Shown piece by piece: positions 30,452-39,023 of a stretch of 64,000 nucleotides of DNA. This DNA comes from a virus. The notes beneath the pieces were generated by a model. It was not told where the DNA came from. It was given only the letters and a program-made list of their open reading frames with translations, and searched no databases. How positions within the stretch are numbered: the stretch's first letter is position 1; each line of letters opens with the position of its first letter. The DNA lies in IMG/VR virus record IMGVR_UViG_3300020473_002200, positions 96,001-160,000 of that record. The stretch is one strand, 5' to 3'. A program made the translations under genes and the position numbers.

Positions 30452-31885
30452 ATGAAGAAAAACTCTGAGATATTATACGAGATAGCGTTAAAATTAGTCG
30501 ACGACAATGTACTATTTGAGCATGCAATGTCTAATCGTTCTGTCTATGGAATGTTGATGGAAGACATCAATGATGCCGATATTGAAAAGCTAAGATCAGC
30601 TGTTCAGGTTTCCATGAAGGCAGTTGATCAAAATATGAAAGTTGCAAATGAGCTTAATCTTGCGTCATTGGTCGACTATTTTAATAAGCTAAAAGGCTCG
30701 TTAACAAAGGCTGGCACTCTTGCTTCTAAGCTAGATTTAGCTGATGCAGATGGAGTGGCTGCTCAAATTAAGGGGTTTTTTGGGAAAAAGATGGATGTTT
30801 CCAGAGCACTTCAGGCTGTAATTGATTTACAAAATAAGTCGAATACTGCCGGCCAAACGCTAGCCAGCGCAATTCAATTAATTAGTAAAAACCTTGAAGG
30901 TAAAGTTGAAGACGACGTTACCTTAAGTGATCTAGACGCTGACAAACACGGTCTTACAGCTGATGATTTAAAATCAGGTGTATCAAAGGCTTTTAAGAGC
31001 TCTAAGCCTAAGGGCTTTTTGGCGAAGCTTGGCGCTTTAATGGGCAAATCAAAATTTATTGCTTCAATTCCTGGAGCTGAAGAGATTGATGAGTTGCCAG
31101 TCGATAAATTGGCTGACGAATTATTAAATTTGACATTCGGCCAGCTAAAGTCACTAGACGTAGAAGTTCAAAAAACTTCTGCGGCCGCTGAAAAAGCAGT
31201 AGTCCCACCAGATGTTGTAAAGGGTGTTCATAGTTCTGCCGAAGAAGCTCCGCCTCCTGGAAAAGAATCTGAAGAAGGTCCTGTTGCTGCTTCTGCTGAA
31301 GGTGGCGAAGGTGAAGGTAAAGAGGGCGAAGAAGGTGCTGAAGGTGCTGAAGGTGAAGAAGGCGCTGAGGGTGAAGAGGTTCCAGAAAACCCTGAGGAAG
31401 AGTCTGATCCTGCAAAAGAAATAAAGGCCGCTGCAGCCGAAGTACAGTCTAAGCCAATGTCACCAAAAGATGCTGTCGCCAAAGCTTTATCTGATTGGGA
31501 GTCTTCGTTATCCGACTCGAGTCAAAAAACGCTTCAAGCTAAAGGCAGAAGCCAAGAGTTAAAAGATGGAATCTTTACCGGTATTGATAAAGGCAAGGCT
31601 GCTGTTGAAAAAGCTGTTGCCAAGGCAGTTAAGACCTGGCGTGGCGCGCACGAAGAAACGCTGATTAAGTCAAAGAGGTTTGCTAAGAAAAACTTTGATT
31701 CTTTAGAGGAGCTAATTCCAAGTCTTGCAGCACAGGTCTTAGTTCAGACTAGCGAAAGTCGACAGCGCAAGATCACAACAACTCAAATTAGAAAATTTGT
31801 TCATAAAAGATTAGACGATGTGTTTCGTCCACAAAATCGTTTGTACGAAACTTGGCAAAAGAATGCTGGTCTATTAAAAGATTAA
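30452..31885 (+). CDS. acidic, low-complexity putative head/core protein
   Basis: GGAGG SD before ATG 30452; E/G/A-rich linker; multiple L/I-x-E sites; C-terminal LYETWQKNAGLL. Confidence 0.65.
   Translation: MKKNSEILYEIALKLVDDNVLFEHAMSNRSVYGMLMEDINDADIEKLRSAVQVSMKAVDQNMKVANELNLASLVDYFNKLKGSLTKAGTLASKLDLADADGVAAQIKGFFGKKMDVSRALQAVIDLQNKSNTAGQTLASAIQLISKNLEGKVEDDVTLSDLDADKHGLTADDLKSGVSKAFKSSKPKGFLAKLGALMGKSKFIASIPGAEEIDELPVDKLADELLNLTFGQLKSLDVEVQKTSAAAEKAVVPPDVVKGVHSSAEEAPPPGKESEEGPVAASAEGGEGEGKEGEEGAEGAEGEEGAEGEEVPENPEEESDPAKEIKAAAAEVQSKPMSPKDAVAKALSDWESSLSDSSQKTLQAKGRSQELKDGIFTGIDKGKAAVEKAVAKAVKTWRGAHEETLIKSKRFAKKNFDSLEELIPSLAAQVLVQTSESRQRKITTTQIRKFVHKRLDDVFRPQNRLYETWQKNAGLLKD
31298..31378 (+). 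repeat. imperfect GAAGGT/GCTGAAGGT coding microsatellite (EG/AEG repeats)
   Basis: gaaggtggcgaaggtgaaggt...gaaggtgctgaaggtgctgaaggtgaagaaggcgctgagggtgaagag. Confidence 0.7.
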
Positions 31886-31886
31886 A

Positions 31887-32318
31887 ATGGAAAATAACCA
31901 CAGACCTTCTTGGGATAGCGTCTGGGCGAATGTAGCAACTGCGATTTCTAAAAGATCATATGATCCACGCTATCAGGTAGGCGCAATCGTCGTAACGTCT
32001 GATAACACTCAGGTATTATCAGTGGGGTATAATGGTAATTACTCTGGTGGTCCCAACGAAGTTGAGTCAGAAGTACCTGGGCAATCTGGTTTTATTCATG
32101 CAGAAATAAACTGTTTGCTTAAGATGGACTATAATAACCCGAAGACTAAAGTAATGTATTTAACTTTAAGCCCTTGTAAGATGTGCGCAAAGGCGATAGT
32201 GAATGCTGGAATATCTGAGCTTGTTTATTTAAACGAATATAGGGATAAAACTGGTTTAGATATTTTACGTGAAGCAGGAATAAAGTGTAGAAAATACTTA
32301 TTTAGTGATGGAGTATAG
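31887..32318 (+). CDS. dCMP deaminase
   Basis: HAEIN and SPCKMC zinc motifs, VGYNG. Confidence 0.9.
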   Translation: MENNHRPSWDSVWANVATAISKRSYDPRYQVGAIVVTSDNTQVLSVGYNGNYSGGPNEVESEVPGQSGFIHAEINCLLKMDYNNPKTKVMYLTLSPCKMCAKAIVNAGISELVYLNEYRDKTGLDILREAGIKCRKYLFSDGV

Positions 32319-32319
32319 C

Positions 32320-32685
32320 ATGAATAAACCTGAAGCTTTTTTAAAGGCTCTTTTATTAAAAGAGTATGAAGACAGACTAAAAACAGTTTCCCTACTAAAG
32401 GAGACTGCAGTAACAGACTCTAAGGGTAGGGTTGTCCTTGATCCTGATTTAAAGGTTCGCCACAAAAGTTCAGGGTTCGAGTATACCATTAAAAAGATTA
32501 AAGATGATAATGGGAATATTTCTATCACTTTAAGAACACCTGACGCCCCTAGGGTGAAGCCCTCTCCTTCTCATACTCACGTAATCGCAGGCCAAGAAGA
32601 AGAGCTAATTTCAATGCCAGATACAGATGATGCTGAATTTGCTATTGATCAAGAAGAATTTGAAAAAGATTACGAGGTTGATTGA
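32320..32685 (+). CDS. hypothetical protein with a leader-like N-terminus (MNKPEAFLKALLLKE)
   Basis: GGAG SD before ATG 32320; ATACTTAT motif upstream. Confidence 0.6.
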   Translation: MNKPEAFLKALLLKEYEDRLKTVSLLKETAVTDSKGRVVLDPDLKVRHKSSGFEYTIKKIKDDNGNISITLRTPDAPRVKPSPSHTHVIAGQEEELISMPDTDDAEFAIDQEEFEKDYEVD

Positions 32686-33374
32686 TGAAAGATTTAAATA
32701 AGAAGATTATGTCTGAAATTAAAAGATCTCTTGGTGACAACTTAGACGAAGCATATGTAACACAGGCTAAGAAATATGAATTGTCAACAGAGCTACTTAG
32801 CGATAAAACAAAAAATAGCCACCAGGAAATTTTAGAAGCGCATGTCGAAAAACTAAATGAGGTTTCGGCATTCTTAGATACTGCCGAAAGAGAACTAGCA
32901 GATATTAATAACTCTAAGCTTCGTTCTCTTAAGGAAGATGAAGTATATAATCTTAATGCTTCATTTTTACATGCGTATTATTTTGAAAATATAGGCGATC
33001 AGCATTCTGTTATTAATATGGATTCTATTGCATTTATGCGATTGGAAAGAGATTTCGGCTCTTTTGATAATTGGCAAAAGGATTTTATAGCATGCGCGCT
33101 AAGCTCTCGAAACGGCTGGGCAATAACTGTTTATAATTTTTTCCTAAATAGATATATGAATATTGTGGTAGATTTGCACAGCAATCATGTTCCATTTGCA
33201 AGTTATCCAGTCATAGTTTTAGATTGTTGGGAACACGCTTATTATAGGGACTATTTGGGAGATAAGAGATCTTATACGTTCGCAATGATGAAAGAACTCA
33301 GGTGGTCTAGGATCGAAGAGCGTATCAAGAAGGTCGAGGCCATGGCAAAAGTTAGTCAAGGAAAAGCGCAATGA
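32685..33374 (+). CDS. Fe/Mn superoxide dismutase with an N-terminal extension
   Basis: DCWEHAYY signature, SHQE and FLHAYY His ligands, DFGSFDNWQKDF, GWA. Confidence 0.85.
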   Translation: MKDLNKKIMSEIKRSLGDNLDEAYVTQAKKYELSTELLSDKTKNSHQEILEAHVEKLNEVSAFLDTAERELADINNSKLRSLKEDEVYNLNASFLHAYYFENIGDQHSVINMDSIAFMRLERDFGSFDNWQKDFIACALSSRNGWAITVYNFFLNRYMNIVVDLHSNHVPFASYPVIVLDCWEHAYYRDYLGDKRSYTFAMMKELRWSRIEERIKKVEAMAKVSQGKAQ

Positions 33375-33991
33375 ATAGAGACGATATTAAAGAATTCTTA
33401 GAATTAGCCATGGGCCTTAAGAAGAGTAGTCGAATGCTTGCCGAAGCTGGCGAAGATGAAGATGATCCCTTTGCAGACGATGAAGAGGGTGGAGATGAAG
33501 AAGCTGGAGATGAAGAAGGTGCCGAAGGTGATGAAGAAGAAGAAGAGGAAGAAGTAGAAGTTACTAAAGACGAAGAAATCGAGCTTAATAAAAGTTTAGA
33601 TGATTCATTAAATGCTTTATTTATAGATATTGAGACAGATGCATTAAAGAGTGCAGCTGTGCAAAAGCAGGAAGAGTCATATTCTCTTCGAGCTGCTTTA
33701 TTGAAGGAATCTGAAACGCCTGATTTAGACATAGAAAAATTTGCTTCTGAAACTGCACGAATTATTAAGAACGCAGATGTCTTATTAGATATCGAAGAAA
33801 TTATTATGTCTAAAGCAAGAGATTATTTATTGTCAAAATATGATGAAGATACAGAGTCTGATTTTCTAGAAATTATGAGAACTAGATTTCATGTTGATCA
33901 TCGTACTGATCATGAAAAAGACCAGGATCAAAGAGAGATCCCAACACCTATCGCTGTAGGTGCTGGTGGTGGCGAGGGCGGCGGCGCTTGA
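33371..33991 (+). CDS. very acidic hypothetical virion-like protein
   Basis: D/E tract after RMLAE; ALLKE site. Confidence 0.6.
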   Translation: MNRDDIKEFLELAMGLKKSSRMLAEAGEDEDDPFADDEEGGDEEAGDEEGAEGDEEEEEEEVEVTKDEEIELNKSLDDSLNALFIDIETDALKSAAVQKQEESYSLRAALLKESETPDLDIEKFASETARIIKNADVLLDIEEIIMSKARDYLLSKYDEDTESDFLEIMRTRFHVDHRTDHEKDQDQREIPTPIAVGAGGGEGGGA

Positions 33992-34254
33992 ATAGAAAAT
34001 CTGTTCATATTAATCTTAATGAATCTGTACATGCAGAGTTTAGGATTCTTGCATTTAAGAATAAGCTCTCGATGCAAGAGATAATCTCGGGGCTTATAAC
34101 AAGCTTAGTCGATAAAGACCCATATCTGGAAGAACTTATCCAAAAGCTTAAGGAAAATAAGCGAAATAAAGAGCTTAAAAAGATAACCAACGTTGAATCA
34201 ATAGATATTTTTGATGAAATAGTTTCTGGCTCACCCTGGAAGACTGAAGAATAG
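33988..34254 (+). CDS. ribbon-helix-helix-like DNA-binding protein
   Basis: KSVHINL beta strand, then VHAEFRILA and SMQEIISGLI helices. Confidence 0.55.
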   Translation: MNRKSVHINLNESVHAEFRILAFKNKLSMQEIISGLITSLVDKDPYLEELIQKLKENKRNKELKKITNVESIDIFDEIVSGSPWKTEE

Positions 34255-34304
34255 TATCCATTTTGTCATTTGTGTGATAGTTAATATTATCATGGAGGTG
34301 CCCT

Positions 34305-34517
34305 ATGACACAAATGGCGAAAGCATTCGCGGATAAGCATTTAGAAAGATTTGTATCAAGAAAATTTTTAGCATGGATTACAGCTACTGGTTTGTGCGCT
34401 TATGGAACAGTAACAAGCGGAGATTGGGTTGCGGTAACTTTAGTCTATATAGGTTCACAAGCCTTAGTAGATTTGGCCGTCCAATGGAAGCACGGTAAAT
34501 CGATAAACAAGGAATAA
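34305..34517 (+). CDS. small two-TM protein, holin-like
   Basis: SRKFLAWITATGL and WVAVTLVYIGSQALVD; GGAGG SD. Confidence 0.5.
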   Translation: MTQMAKAFADKHLERFVSRKFLAWITATGLCAYGTVTSGDWVAVTLVYIGSQALVDLAVQWKHGKSINKE

Positions 34518-34519
34518 AG

Positions 34520-34882
34520 ATGGAGTTTTTACAAAAGACTTGGAAGTTTTTCTTAGGTATATTTGTCGCTATTATAGGTGGCATGCTTCTTTTTAGAAAG
34601 GACAATGCTGCTGAAATAATAGAGGAATCGACAAAGGCAGGTGACAGCTCTTTTGATAAGATAAAAAAATCAAATCAAATTAGAAATGAAAAAGATGATG
34701 AAGCCGATTCAAAGCACCAAAAAGAAATTGATAAAATTACCAGCATATATGAAAAAAATAAAGCCAGCTTAAATTTTAAGATGAGAGCAAAAATTGAAAA
34801 ATCTATTAAGAGTAGTAATCCTGAGGCTGCGACAGCTCAGTTAGCAAAATTTTTAGGTGCTGATAATTTAGATGACCTATAG
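34520..34882 (+). CDS. N-terminal membrane-anchored coiled-coil protein (i-spanin-like)
   Basis: FFLGIFVAIIGGMLLF TM followed by a charged helix. Confidence 0.4.
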   Translation: MEFLQKTWKFFLGIFVAIIGGMLLFRKDNAAEIIEESTKAGDSSFDKIKKSNQIRNEKDDEADSKHQKEIDKITSIYEKNKASLNFKMRAKIEKSIKSSNPEAATAQLAKFLGADNLDDL

Positions 34883-34924
34883 TCCATACCTAAACTTTTC
34901 TCAAATTTTGATATTATCTTAAAC

Positions 34925-35365
34925 ATGGTTAAAAAGATTTTTTGCATATTTTTGTCTATATCGCTATTATGTAGCGTTTCACTTGCGCAAGAGTCGAAAG
35001 TAAAGACTTTGCAAGAGGGTCAATCTGCACCCTTTACTGGCACTTTATTAAACAAAGAGGCGATAGCAGAGATTCTCATTAAGGCGAATAGCTTTGAGGA
35101 GCAATGCAATTTGAGGGTAAAAAAAGAGACAGATATTTCTAATGCAAATTGTCAATTGAGCATAGATAAATTAAAAAATGCTAATCTTTTTGAAATATCA
35201 GTGTATAAATCTCAAAATGATTTTTTACGTAAGCAAATAGATTTATCTATTAAAGAGCTTGAAAGAAAGTCTACTGCAACAGAGTGGTGGTTCGTTGGAG
35301 GGTTCGTTGCTGGCGCGCTAATTGCCATTGGGGCAGGTTATCTTACTCATAAAATAGCAGATTAG
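34925..35365 (+). CDS. secreted / membrane-anchored protein
   Basis: Signal peptide, APFTGTLL, coiled coil, C-terminal TM WWFVGGFVAGALIAIGAGYL. Confidence 0.55.
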   Translation: MVKKIFCIFLSISLLCSVSLAQESKVKTLQEGQSAPFTGTLLNKEAIAEILIKANSFEEQCNLRVKKETDISNANCQLSIDKLKNANLFEISVYKSQNDFLRKQIDLSIKELERKSTATEWWFVGGFVAGALIAIGAGYLTHKIAD

Positions 35366-35414
35366 GGATCATTACTATAATAAGGTGATAATTAATCATT
35401 GAGGTGTACACACT

Positions 35415-36599
35415 ATGAAATATAAAAAAGTCAGAAAAATTATTAACAATATTCTTTTTGAGACGACCTATAACATAAGATCAACAGATGACCATCGTGC
35501 TGGTCAATTTGCGGCGCATCAGGATGATCCTGAAAATGAAGAGTCAAAGGTTGGTTTACCCAAGGAAGTTCCACTGCAGCCAGATGATGCGACTGGGATC
35601 AACGCGATTATGTCTCGTCCACCTGTAGAGGATGATGACTATGTTCCAAAAACGCCTTCGGATTTAGCTGCAGCTGTGAAGGCGATGTCTGAGCTAATGG
35701 ATAATGATGAAATTGTTTCTGTGTATGCACAGTTTAAAGACATCTTAAAAAAGGGCGGCGATCCAGAAAACGTAAATGAAGGATATGATGATTATGATGA
35801 ATTTGAGCTTCCTGATGATAGCGATATGCCGGATGAATTTAGATCTGGATATTCAATAGAGGATGAACCTGATGAGGAGCCTGAAGAATCTGAAAAGTTC
35901 CAGGCGTCGAAATCATCTGGTGAGGCTTCACTTTCTGACTTGGTGAACACTGGGTTAATGCCGGGTGTATCTGGGGAGTCTGGCGCGAAACAATGGATCG
36001 GCAGAAAGAAAAAGAAGATGGCTGCTGTTCATTTAATCGGTGATGATCAAATTCAAAAAGCAAAAAATTACGCAAGAGACATTTGGGTTGGAGCGCTCGA
36101 GGCGACAGAGGCACTAGACTCTGAAGAAGCAGCAGCGCTAAAAAAATCTGATTATACGTTGACTAACCCTGCTTTTTTAAGCTTTTTTAATCTTGGTTTT
36201 TTGGAGCCATCTTTAAAGCCGATTAGAGTCCAGCGCGATCGAGACGCAAAAGAAGAAATTGCGTCTTTAGATGTACCACCCCAGATAGAAACGATGGTGT
36301 TTAATCAGTTAATAGGGAACTCTCCTATTAGCGCTAGAAAAATTCGTCTCAAATTAAATAGAGGATTTCCTGATATGAATCTTGAAGAGATGGATGATGT
36401 CGTTTCAAAGGCAATGGATTTTATTAAGTCAAATACAGAAAAGTATCAAAAAGAGTACCTTTCAGATGCTGACTTCATCAAAGCCGTTAAGGACGCCTGG
36501 AGCAAAAAATCAACGAAGGAAAAAATGGATATAACATTTTCTGCTATCGACGATGCAGAAGACTTTCAAGATCAGGCTGGGAAAATAGGGTTGAGATGA
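35415..36599 (+). CDS. acidic hypothetical protein with leader MKYKKVRKIINNILFE
   Basis: 394 aa; GATAATTAAT and GAGGTG upstream. Confidence 0.65.
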   Translation: MKYKKVRKIINNILFETTYNIRSTDDHRAGQFAAHQDDPENEESKVGLPKEVPLQPDDATGINAIMSRPPVEDDDYVPKTPSDLAAAVKAMSELMDNDEIVSVYAQFKDILKKGGDPENVNEGYDDYDEFELPDDSDMPDEFRSGYSIEDEPDEEPEESEKFQASKSSGEASLSDLVNTGLMPGVSGESGAKQWIGRKKKKMAAVHLIGDDQIQKAKNYARDIWVGALEATEALDSEEAAALKKSDYTLTNPAFLSFFNLGFLEPSLKPIRVQRDRDAKEEIASLDVPPQIETMVFNQLIGNSPISARKIRLKLNRGFPDMNLEEMDDVVSKAMDFIKSNTEKYQKEYLSDADFIKAVKDAWSKKSTKEKMDITFSAIDDAEDFQDQAGKIGLR

Positions 36600-36973
36600 A
36601 GCTTAAGTCTATTATGGGCGAAGGTTTTCTAAGAGAAGAATTTACATCGCCTTCATTTTTGCCCAAAGAGCTTCCAGGTAGATCAAATGAATCTCCTTGT
36701 AATGTAGCTGGTAATTCAAGCTGGAGTGAAGACGAAGGAGTTTCGAATAAAAGCTTTAGTTTTATAAGTCGTCAACCTATGCATTCATTTTGTGAATATA
36801 TATTCGATTTAGAACAACAACACGGCGTTCATGTAGCACTTTCTTATAAGGCTGATGATAACACTGTAGATCTAAAGGTGCCACATCAATTGCTGGGGGG
36901 AAATCATTTTAGACATTTCTTTCAAGAGATAGATAATATCTACTATGATGTAGTAGAAAGTTTTAAAAAATGA
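36596..36973 (+). CDS. possible pterin-4a-carbinolamine dehydratase-like fold protein
   Basis: W...NKSFSF...F...E..H.H..L pattern, degenerate. Confidence 0.35.
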   Translation: MKLKSIMGEGFLREEFTSPSFLPKELPGRSNESPCNVAGNSSWSEDEGVSNKSFSFISRQPMHSFCEYIFDLEQQHGVHVALSYKADDNTVDLKVPHQLLGGNHFRHFFQEIDNIYYDVVESFKK

Positions 36974-37353
36974 CTGATTATACAAACCAAGAATTTCAAA
37001 GAATATTGGGGAATCCAGAAAATGAGATTATTTCTGATTCTCTTAAGGAGCGCTTAGGCCCTTCATCACAATCCATAGATTTATCTATATCATTTGGTAA
37101 GCAGCGTTTTGAGTGCACACTAGATTCTTTCTCGTTAGTGCCTGATAAAAGAAAGTTGTCTAGAATATCTTTACTGCTTGGGGCAGAAGTAATAGGTGCT
37201 TTAATGTCCGGGGATGAATTTGTCATTAACTGTAACAAGCCAGATATTTATATTACAGCTAGCGATTGCGAATCGATCGATTGTTTTAAATATAATAATG
37301 ACACCTATGTGCTAGAGGTTTCTATAATGCAAAAAGGAGTATTAAGTGATTAA
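36970..37353 (+). CDS. hypothetical protein
   Basis: Coupled 127 aa ORF. Confidence 0.55.
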   Translation: MTDYTNQEFQRILGNPENEIISDSLKERLGPSSQSIDLSISFGKQRFECTLDSFSLVPDKRKLSRISLLLGAEVIGALMSGDEFVINCNKPDIYITASDCESIDCFKYNNDTYVLEVSIMQKGVLSD

Positions 37354-38173
37354 TGATGATCTTATAAGAAAAGCAGTCCTAGAGGCCTTCGCATTGATAT
37401 CAGAGCAAGTTCAGGATGCGTCACAAGAAGAAAAAGAAAAACAACAGGCAATTTCTAACACCATAGATGATGAAGGTATTAGAAAGAAAAAGTCGTCTAA
37501 GGACGAAGTTGAAGAAGATGAAGAGGGTACCGAAGAAGACACTGGTGATAAAAAAAGCGACAGCTTAGATTTGGTTAAGAAAAAAGAAGATAAAGACAAT
37601 AAGTTTTCTTACGAAATTCCTGAAAAGATGCCAAAGAATGTTCAATTTAAGGATGTGCTACACCAATTAAACGCACTAAGATCAGGTGCCAGCACAAAAG
37701 ACAGTGATGTAAAGCAAGGTCTTTTGAAATATTTCGATAATCTAGATTCTGATGAAAAGCAAGAGCTTTTTTCTATGATGGCTGGATTCGCTACAATCAT
37801 GAACAAGGCGGGAGATGTAGAAGATGCTCCTATGCCAGATGATATTAAGAAACCAAAAGGCAAAGATGACACAAAGGTGCAACCGGTTAAAAAAGCTGGT
37901 AACGCCCCGATTGTCGTAGGTGAAAATTCACAGAAGCTATCAGAGCTTATGATCGTTTTAGAAAACACGAAGGAAAAGCACCGATGTATTAATGGTAAAC
38001 TTGTACCATTCGCCTCTACACGTGCAATAAAAGATATAGAGGGCAGGATATCTGACGCTGAATCTTCTAGAAATACATGCTCAAGAGGCTCTGAAGCAAG
38101 ATCACATTATAATGGGTTATTAAAGTATTTGAGAATGCAATTAAGAGCAGCTCAAAAGGTAAATGGGTCTTAA
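37346..38173 (+). CDS. hypothetical protein with leader MINDDLIRKAVLE
   Basis: AAGGAG SD, acidic linker, several L-x-E sites. Confidence 0.65.
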   Translation: MINDDLIRKAVLEAFALISEQVQDASQEEKEKQQAISNTIDDEGIRKKKSSKDEVEEDEEGTEEDTGDKKSDSLDLVKKKEDKDNKFSYEIPEKMPKNVQFKDVLHQLNALRSGASTKDSDVKQGLLKYFDNLDSDEKQELFSMMAGFATIMNKAGDVEDAPMPDDIKKPKGKDDTKVQPVKKAGNAPIVVGENSQKLSELMIVLENTKEKHRCINGKLVPFASTRAIKDIEGRISDAESSRNTCSRGSEARSHYNGLLKYLRMQLRAAQKVNGS

Positions 38174-38786
38174 AAAAGAAGTAACGATTAATGATATTAT
38201 TACGGCTCTTTTTAATGGAAGGGTTGTATATGAGCTGCAGGGCACTAGCGCATACTTTGGTTATGACGTAGGTGGTTCTGCATTTTTTTTAGAAGAAAAA
38301 CTCCAGACAAGGATAGAGGGCCTGGAGAATGATTATCTAAGGGTTGTTCGTGCAATTTTTCGCTGCATTAATATAGACACAATAAACCCAAGATCGATAT
38401 GGCTAAAATGCAGAATTGAAAGTCCTTTAAAGATAATACAAGTTATAGACATTGGGTCAACTGGAATTTCTTTGACTAAGAAAAAGTGCTTAAATTTTCT
38501 AGGTCGTATTGACGGTATTAACTATGGGCACTTTCATATTGTTAAGAATCCTGGAGCTTATATTGGTAGTGCTACAGACTTCGTAGCATTATTGGAAGAT
38601 GATCTCGATTTGAGCGCTAAGATAAGTGATTTGCCTAACGATACTAGGAAAAAGTTGTTTCAAAAGTTGGAAAAATTTTTATTATTAAATGGTAGATCTA
38701 GAATACCAGATTGGGATATATCTAAATGTCGATCAATTTTAATTGAGACAGCTAACGAAAGCGTAAGAATATTTAGGAGACACTAG
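38163..38786 (+). CDS. hypothetical protein
   Basis: 207 aa coupled ORF. Confidence 0.55.
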   Translation: MGLKKEVTINDIITALFNGRVVYELQGTSAYFGYDVGGSAFFLEEKLQTRIEGLENDYLRVVRAIFRCINIDTINPRSIWLKCRIESPLKIIQVIDIGSTGISLTKKKCLNFLGRIDGINYGHFHIVKNPGAYIGSATDFVALLEDDLDLSAKISDLPNDTRKKLFQKLEKFLLLNGRSRIPDWDISKCRSILIETANESVRIFRRH

Positions 38787-39023
38787 GTGGACGAGTACAA
38801 GGGATATATGAAAGTAGCCTTTTTAATGCTTCAAGATAACCATGATTGGATGGATTTCAAGAAAGTTATGCTTAGATCTTTACCTCCAAAAATGAGAAAA
38901 AATTTTAGCACTCGCCACCCAAAAACGAAAAAGCAAACCTTAAATAATTTCGAAAGACAAATGATTGATATTTATTTTGGTGAGACCGGTATTAAATTAA
39001 GACTGGAGAGTAATCATGATTAA
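38787..39023 (+). CDS. hypothetical protein
   Basis: GTG start directly after the upstream stop. Confidence 0.55.
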   Translation: MDEYKGYMKVAFLMLQDNHDWMDFKKVMLRSLPPKMRKNFSTRHPKTKKQTLNNFERQMIDIYFGETGIKLRLESNHD

